NCBI GenBank assembly: GCA_046570105.1
Contig: JBKHVI010000010.1
Location: forward strand, 1-64,000
Direction: 5' to 3'
From: Bacteriovoracia bacterium
GTDB lineage: Bacteria > Bdellovibrionota > Bacteriovoracia > Bacteriovoracales > Bacteriovoracaceae
Length of the DNA: 64,000 nucleotides
Positions 58,277-64,000 of the stretch are shown one piece after another. The notes beneath the pieces are model-generated. The model had not been told where the DNA came from. It did no database searches and saw only the letters and a program-made list of their open reading frames with translations. How positions within the stretch are numbered: position 1 is the first letter of the stretch; every line of letters begins with the position of its first letter. The position numbers and the translations under genes were made by a program.

Positions 58277-59064
58277 CCTTGATTGCTACTGGGAACTTCG
58301 TCGATAAACTTGATTCCCACTTTCCAACCGACATCTTCGGGCGCCAGAGATCGTACTGACATAACCTCACCTATAAATGGTTCATCTAGATCCTGACCTT
58401 CCATCGCCGTGACTTCTACGTGCTGACCTTTTTTAAAAGTGTCCTCAATCAATATCAATAGACCTAGCCCTCCTCGTGAGAGGTCAAAGAGCTTGAAGTT
58501 CTGCGAAGTTTGAGGTTGCTGGGCCAGCTGACAGGTGACGATCTTATCCACTTTTGGCTTAGCACGTGGAGCTTCACGCTTATCAGCAAAAAGTTTCTCC
58601 TCTTCACTCAAACTGATACTATCTAATTGTTCATTAAAGATGGCCTCATCACGCTCAGAGCGTCCGAGACGTTTTACTTTCCAAGGAGCATTGGATAAAT
58701 CAATGCCAACAGCTCCCTTTATTCTAAAAATGTCGCTCTCATCTAAAAAAAGCAGCTCGTCAGGTATTTTGAGTTGCGCTAAACCACCACTTAAGGCCAG
58801 CGCCTTTGACTTAAAAATCGCGCCACTCTTCTCAGAGTAGCAGTAAAGCAAATTTCCGGATGAAAACTGATAATCAACTTCTTGAATTGAGGAAACTTGA
58901 AAGAAGCCTTCGTCCACTACAATTTCTTTAATCTGGGAGCTGTGAATAATGCGCTGTCCGCTAGCTGATAGCTGCCAGACGACAAGTGGTGCCTGGAATT
59001 TAACCAGATCAGTAAAAAATTTCTGAAAAACTTGTGAGCCTTCACGTGCCGTGACGTTTTTCAT
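58273..59064 (-). CDS. PilZ domain protein (c-di-GMP receptor candidate)
   Basis: RxxxR (REAPR) and DxSxxG (DLSRGG) motifs; ends KVGIKF. Confidence 0.85.
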   Translation of the reverse strand: MKNVTAREGSQVFQKFFTDLVKFQAPLVVWQLSASGQRIIHSSQIKEIVVDEGFFQVSSIQEVDYQFSSGNLLYCYSEKSGAIFKSKALALSGGLAQLKIPDELLFLDESDIFRIKGAVGIDLSNAPWKVKRLGRSERDEAIFNEQLDSISLSEEEKLFADKREAPRAKPKVDKIVTCQLAQQPQTSQNFKLFDLSRGGLGLLILIEDTFKKGQHVEVTAMEGQDLDEPFIGEVMSVRSLAPEDVGWKVGIKFIDEVPSSNQG

Positions 59065-59127
59065 CGCTCACCCATCGACAAATTCATGAATAAAATTCTA
59101 GCATAGACTCATCAAGGATGATGTCAT

Positions 59128-59922
59128 TTGTCTAAAAATCACCCGACCACTTTGCGCGGTTTATTTGTTTTCATACTTTTCTTTGTCTGCCTGGGCAAGG
59201 CCTGGTCTCATCAAATAGCACTTCGCCATCAGTACTGGTGGCTCAAAGGCCCAGAAGTAAAATCTTGGCGCCAAGATCTTTTGACTGAGTGGAATCTCAA
59301 CCAGAAAAACACATTGCTTGCAGATACCTCACATTTTGAACGTTTTAAATTTGAAGAAAGAGTTATCCGAATAGGTTGGCGCCAACAAACGGCAATAGGC
59401 TACTGGGAACTCACCCATGCCGACGGCGGAGCGAATAGAATCTTAGCGATTCGTGACTCTCAAATAACCTATGGCCAGGCTCTCACCAGAGGACTCTCAG
59501 GCTGGTTAAATCTCAAAGCGCAAGGCTACTCGACTAACGATCTACATATGCTCACCATGGGACTTGAAAAAGAATGGCAAGGCGGATTTTTTGTCGTCCC
59601 CTTTCTCAGTTTAGGACGGGCCAGTTTCTCAAGGCCCGCTGACACCCGAGATGTGTGGGCGGCACAAATAAAAGTAGGAACATATCGAGAAGGCCGCTGG
59701 AAATTGGCGCCGTTTCTTGCCCAAGGTGAAGAGTACCAGGCCTTGATCGCTCTTAATCAAACAACAGCACTTAAAGCGACAACTTATGGCATGAGTGGAG
59801 ACTATTACCTCACTCCATTCCTAAAAGCTGGAATACTACTTGAACGCAATTATTATCCTGCCATCAATACACGGTTTGAGTCGGCCCAACTCTTACTTAC
59901 ATATGACTGGGGCCGACCATGA
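59128..59922 (+). CDS. YaiO-like outer-membrane beta-barrel protein
   Basis: Signal ending AWS; amphipathic strands; AQGEE motif; ATGA-coupled to the GT2 gene; start uncertain. Confidence 0.6.
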   Translation: MSKNHPTTLRGLFVFILFFVCLGKAWSHQIALRHQYWWLKGPEVKSWRQDLLTEWNLNQKNTLLADTSHFERFKFEERVIRIGWRQQTAIGYWELTHADGGANRILAIRDSQITYGQALTRGLSGWLNLKAQGYSTNDLHMLTMGLEKEWQGGFFVVPFLSLGRASFSRPADTRDVWAAQIKVGTYREGRWKLAPFLAQGEEYQALIALNQTTALKATTYGMSGDYYLTPFLKAGILLERNYYPAINTRFESAQLLLTYDWGRP

Positions 59923-61217
59923 CAATTGACAAAGATCTTATACTGCTCACTCTTGGACTACTGGGCGGCTATTTCTTAGTTATGACTTTAATGCAGATTT
60001 TGCTTCAGGCACTTTCATACCTACGCTTTCAAAGACAGTCTAAAACGCCCTCCCACAAAATCCCTTCACTGACCTTGATTATTCCAGCACGCAATGAAGC
60101 GGAAGTTGTCGTCGAGGCGATTAATCGCGCCCTGCAAATTCCTCTGGAAGCTTTTGAAGTATTAGTTGTCGAAAATGCCTCTACTGATAAGACCTTTCAT
60201 TTGTTAAGTGAGATGTTTCAATTAAGAGTTAACGGAGAGCCTCATGTTTTTCGCTCAGTGCTTTTCCCTAAATTGAAAATATTAAGAAGTCCGCTTCCAG
60301 GAAAAACCAATGCGCTCAATTTGGGACTCGCCCACGTCACCACAGATATTGTCGCCACTCTTGATGCAGATACATTGCCGCAAAGTGAGGGGCTAGTTAA
60401 ACTTTTGTCTGAATTTGCCTTAAAGCCAGAACTCCATGCCATCGGTGGAGTAGTTCGAGTGATGAATAGAAGTACAACATCTGCCATGGCACAAGGTTTT
60501 TTACCCTCACTTCAATCACTGGAGTATCTGCGGGCCTTTAGTGGTGAAAGACTTGGATGGGGATTACTTAAAGCTAATATCTATATGGCCGGGGCCTGTG
60601 CTTTATTTAGAACTCATTCACTCAAAGAGCGAGGAGGTTTTCAAGGTGACACCGTCACGGAAGATCTCGAAACATCGCTAGATTTTGTGAAATTTTATTC
60701 TCACCCCTCTCACCCGATTGAAATTCTTCCCGTCTTAGTCGCATCCACGCAAGTGCCTCACAGTCTTGGTAGTTTGATTCGTCAACGCCGACGCTGGCAA
60801 GCAGGCCTATGGCAATGCTTGTGGAAATATCGATCACTCTTTTTAACCGGACGAGGCCTAGTGGGAACTCTTACACTGCCTTATATGCTGTTGACTGAAG
60901 CCCTCGGACCATTTTTTGAATTGATGGCGATTGCGACATTAGCGCATGCCCTTTTTTACAATCTGATCGAGTTTCAACCTGTTTTGATTATAGCAGCGAT
61001 GGGTCTAGTTATGTCGGCAATCCTGGTAAGCTGGACTGCGATGGTTGAGAACCGCTATTTAAAAGGCACAGGCAAATGGCCTATTGGAGCCGTTTTTTTC
61101 CTCAGTTTCATATTGAATATAATTGTTAGACCGTTGATCAATCTCGTTCGTATTGATGCGAGCTTACGCTTTCCTTGGATCAGGAATTGGGGAAAAGTGA
61201 GACGAGGTATGCTTTAA
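59919..61217 (+). CDS. Processive family 2 glycosyltransferase (PgaC/cellulose-synthase-like)
   Basis: IPARNE, GKTNALN, LDAD, TED, QRRRW; N- and C-terminal TM segments. Confidence 0.92.
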   Translation: MTIDKDLILLTLGLLGGYFLVMTLMQILLQALSYLRFQRQSKTPSHKIPSLTLIIPARNEAEVVVEAINRALQIPLEAFEVLVVENASTDKTFHLLSEMFQLRVNGEPHVFRSVLFPKLKILRSPLPGKTNALNLGLAHVTTDIVATLDADTLPQSEGLVKLLSEFALKPELHAIGGVVRVMNRSTTSAMAQGFLPSLQSLEYLRAFSGERLGWGLLKANIYMAGACALFRTHSLKERGGFQGDTVTEDLETSLDFVKFYSHPSHPIEILPVLVASTQVPHSLGSLIRQRRRWQAGLWQCLWKYRSLFLTGRGLVGTLTLPYMLLTEALGPFFELMAIATLAHALFYNLIEFQPVLIIAAMGLVMSAILVSWTAMVENRYLKGTGKWPIGAVFFLSFILNIIVRPLINLVRIDASLRFPWIRNWGKVRRGML

Positions 61218-62641
61218 AAGCGAAATTCGTAACCTACAGCAAGATGATGTTGAAAATCAAAACGGCCGTGGCGCTGATACTCTTCTTGCCCGTAAATACG
61301 GGAATAGCGATCGTCTTCATGGGCAATCCCCATCCGCATATAGAGAAAGCCATTTTTTGAAACTTGCACACGTCCAGTAATTTCAGCTCCAAACATACGA
61401 TCAACTTCACGATCTCTGTGGGCCTTCACTCCAGCATAAACCCTTGCTTCGAGACCGGGATAACGATTGTCCTTATCAGACCCATCGAAAGATTGAATGC
61501 GAATATCCATCGCCGTACTGACATTGGAAAAATTACGATGAGTGGAGAGACCAAGACCTAGACTGGCATCCGACCTCACCATGTAGCCATCACCTTCCAC
61601 AACGATAAAATCTCGTCCAAGTGCTACACCCGCTTCGTAGTGTGTTTCTTTACGCGTGTGATTCAAATAATGATACTGAACAGTTCCATGCTTCTCTTGC
61701 ATGGCATGCCACTTCTCCTGCAGAACCTTCGATAGGCCACTTTGATCATTGGTGGTTTCATACTTACCTGAAACTCGAACATAAACATCCTTGTATCCGA
61801 GTTCTTTTCTGATCTCGAGTTCAAGGCCATCGACACTCATAAATTCTTGATATGTTTTGCCGTCAGCATCCTTCTTATAAAATGTCTCGTACTCTTTGCC
61901 ATTCAAAATGTATTTGGAACCTTGCGGTTTTAATTTACCAAATCCTGTAGAAGTTCTACGGATAACAAGCTCACCTTCCTCAAACTCAAACTCTAACTCT
62001 CCACCGATACCAAATGTTTTACCTCGATCATCTCCATCGATACCTTCGTTATATTTGGTTAGACCAAGAGCGAGTGTTCCACCATGCAATGGATTGTCAT
62101 TGCTACTTGTAATCTCAACCTTCATTCCCGTAAGTTTTCCTAGTGGGAAAAAACCATCTTCCGCGAGATCTTGCTCAATAATTTGATGCGAGAGCTGCAA
62201 ACTTTTTTGAGGAGCGAGAAACAAGCTGTAGCGACTCGGTCCCTTAAGCTCTCTTCCTTCTCCACCACAGGGAGCGGTACTTAAACTCATAATGTCCAAG
62301 GCCAGGCTTTGAGCTTTAAAACCCTGATCTAGTATTTCTTCACTCGTGGGAGCTTCCAATCTTTTCAATAACGCATGATTGGTAAGGCTTTGCTCCAGAT
62401 CTACATCGTTAATGGCAAATAGGCTTTGTAAATCAGTGATGAGCTGAGTGTAGCGATGACGAGGATAAACTCTTTTCTCACCAGCGACGGTATCTAAATG
62501 ATATTCGGCCAGCTTTTCATTATAAGAAATGGTCAGCGATTTCGCTTTCCAAGCTAGAGCTGTGGCAGCCTCTTGAGTAAAACTCGTGAGAGGTAGCAAC
62601 ATTAGACATAAAATAAGAACCAATATCTGGCGCAAATTCAT
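61214..62641 (-). CDS. Exported protein with probable C-terminal beta-barrel
   Basis: Signal peptide; amphipathic strands; ends AVGYEFRF. Confidence 0.7.
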   Translation of the reverse strand: MNLRQILVLILCLMLLPLTSFTQEAATALAWKAKSLTISYNEKLAEYHLDTVAGEKRVYPRHRYTQLITDLQSLFAINDVDLEQSLTNHALLKRLEAPTSEEILDQGFKAQSLALDIMSLSTAPCGGEGRELKGPSRYSLFLAPQKSLQLSHQIIEQDLAEDGFFPLGKLTGMKVEITSSNDNPLHGGTLALGLTKYNEGIDGDDRGKTFGIGGELEFEFEEGELVIRRTSTGFGKLKPQGSKYILNGKEYETFYKKDADGKTYQEFMSVDGLELEIRKELGYKDVYVRVSGKYETTNDQSGLSKVLQEKWHAMQEKHGTVQYHYLNHTRKETHYEAGVALGRDFIVVEGDGYMVRSDASLGLGLSTHRNFSNVSTAMDIRIQSFDGSDKDNRYPGLEARVYAGVKAHRDREVDRMFGAEITGRVQVSKNGFLYMRMGIAHEDDRYSRIYGQEEYQRHGRFDFQHHLAVGYEFRF

Positions 62642-62705
62642 GTCTTCTTGTCGGATAAATTAAGGAGAAGATGAAAACTTTAAATTCCTGCCAAAAGCGG
62701 TCGGG

Positions 62706-63059
62706 TTACCCGCCGGCCAGCTTCACTTTGAAGCCGAGCTTTTCTAGAAAGGCTTTCATTTTATCCCGGTGATCACCTTGAATCTCAATGGTACTTTGTT
62801 TAAAAGCACCACCAGATCCGCAGTGTGTTTTCAACTTGCTTGTCAGTTCTTTGAAATAGGCCTCGTTATCAGGCAATTCAAACACAACTGTTACAGCTTT
62901 GCCGCCCCGACCATTGGTCTCGCGGCGAATTTTAAGCGTGTAATCACTTGGCAATAATGCGCCGGCCTTGGGACATTTGCAGGGATGCTGCCCACACTTT
63001 GCGCACTGAAGTTTGTGTGATCCATCACTGGAGTAGAGGATGCGAGGCTTGTCCGTCAT
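62706..63059 (-). CDS. yciH: Translation initiation factor SUI1/YciH
   Basis: RRETNGRGGKAVT, LKTHCGSGG, IEIQGDHR, KLAGG; N-terminal CxxC-x4-CxC. Confidence 0.92.
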   Translation of the reverse strand: MTDKPRILYSSDGSHKLQCAKCGQHPCKCPKAGALLPSDYTLKIRRETNGRGGKAVTVVFELPDNEAYFKELTSKLKTHCGSGGAFKQSTIEIQGDHRDKMKAFLEKLGFKVKLAGG

Positions 63060-63075
63060 ATGATACAATCCTAAC

Positions 63076-63654
63076 GTGAAAGAAACTTCCAAGTCAGGCC
63101 CTCTTCGTTATGTTCTCTTTAACAAACCCTATGGGGTTTTGAGTCAATTCACCCCAGAAGATGGGGCCCGCTCACTCGCTGAATTCAATCTGCCAAAAGA
63201 ACTCTACCCTGCTGGACGCTTAGACAAAGACTCCGAAGGACTGCTCTTACTCACGAATGATGGACCACTCATTCATCGCTTGTTAGAGCCTAAATACGAT
63301 AAAGAAAAAATTTATTGGGTTCAAATTGAACGTATTCCAACTATAGAAGCGCTCCAGACGTTGGCGCGTGGAGTGAAAATTCAAGACTACCAAACGCTTC
63401 CCTGTGAAGCTCGCTTAATTGATGATCCCCAATTCCCACCTAGAGATCCACCCATTCGCGTTCGACTGACAGTTCCTGATTGCTGGATTGAGATAAAACT
63501 GAAAGAAGGCAAAAACCGTCAGGTGAGAAAAATGACAGCAGCGATTGGCCATCCCACTTTGCGCTTAGTGCGCGTGGCGATTGGCAAATTACTTCTTGAG
63601 AATCTCGCTCCCGGTGAATGGCGCGAGATAGAGAAACCCTCTTTAAGTGAATGA
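63076..63654 (+). CDS. rluE: rRNA pseudouridine synthase, RluE-like
   Basis: FNKPYGVLSQF, AGRLDKDSEGLLLLT, PPIRVR, EGKNRQVRKMTAAIGHPTLRLVR. Confidence 0.88.
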   Translation: MKETSKSGPLRYVLFNKPYGVLSQFTPEDGARSLAEFNLPKELYPAGRLDKDSEGLLLLTNDGPLIHRLLEPKYDKEKIYWVQIERIPTIEALQTLARGVKIQDYQTLPCEARLIDDPQFPPRDPPIRVRLTVPDCWIEIKLKEGKNRQVRKMTAAIGHPTLRLVRVAIGKLLLENLAPGEWREIEKPSLSE

Positions 63655-64000
63655 AGCTAGGTAAAAACCTAAGTTAAAACCAAAGTGTAAAAGTATCGCA
63701 CTTGTTACTGACTTTGAATAATGTCGGCGATAGCCGATGACAATACTAAGTGGAATTACGTAGAGCGATTGATAAATGACAAAGGGTGCAATCGAACTAG
63801 GTACCACCAGATAGGCCACCAAGTGACCCAAACTGAAAAGCAAGGTACTCGCAACGATGGCAAAAAGAGCTTCGTCACGCATCGCTTTTAAACTCTCCCA
63901 AAGAGCAAGTCTAAAAATAAGCTCTTCAAGAATAGGAGCAACCACCAACAAAAAAATCACTGTCTCAATGGCAGATAAATTATAAGGAACACCCATTCCT
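63643..64000 (-). CDS. CPBP (CAAX/Abi) intramembrane protease, 5'-truncated by the window edge
   Basis: APILEELIFR, LFSLGH, AILLHFGFN. Confidence 0.85.
   Translation of the reverse strand, partial: GMGVPYNLSAIETVIFLLVVAPILEELIFRLALWESLKAMRDEALFAIVASTLLFSLGHLVAYLVVPSSIAPFVIYQSLYVIPLSIVIGYRRHYSKSVTSAILLHFGFNLGFYLASFT

Noticed and set aside
1..64000. Prophage, IS, integron, CRISPR, tRNA/rRNA and known defence systems
   Set aside because: No integrase, transposase, cas or phage structural ORF, repeat-spacer array or tRNA cloverleaf was recognised by eye; tRNAscan, Infernal and DefenseFinder runs would be needed to exclude them formally.

Overview
A gene-dense 64 kb chromosomal window with about 60 CDS. 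No rRNA, tRNA, CRISPR array, integrase or transposase was recognised. The gene content and many Cys-rich secreted hypotheticals suggest a predatory Bdellovibrionota bacterium, probably Bacteriovoracaceae-like (inference). Recognisable blocks are: rpoH-like sigma-rpsO-pnp-dut-ferredoxin-POT transporter; prkA-yeaH-spoVR divergent from a PP2C phosphatase-M23-secA-glpD run; trxB; a five-gene mevalonate cluster (fni, class II HMG-CoA reductase, GYDIA kinase, mvaD, mevalonate kinase); a U32 (TrhP-type) pair; speA; maf; a PQQ sugar dehydrogenase; phoD; a ~1400 aa Cys-rich secreted protein; srkA; PilZ divergent from a YaiO-like barrel plus processive GT2; yciH; and rluE. The most striking unannotated signal is the 430-bp gap between trxB and a J-domain gene (30298-30727). 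It holds a 26-aa TisB-like hydrophobic peptide ORF missed by the ORF track, a leader that folds back over its own start region, a 157-nt element closed by a perfect 14-bp inverted repeat with a possible pseudoknot, and a convergent antisense promoter. Together these make a candidate type I toxin-antitoxin system. Also noted are sigma-28-like promoters in front of secreted hypotheticals, a recurring leaderless promoter layout, and a terminator in the speA leader. All family calls come from motif recognition by eye; no database searches were run.
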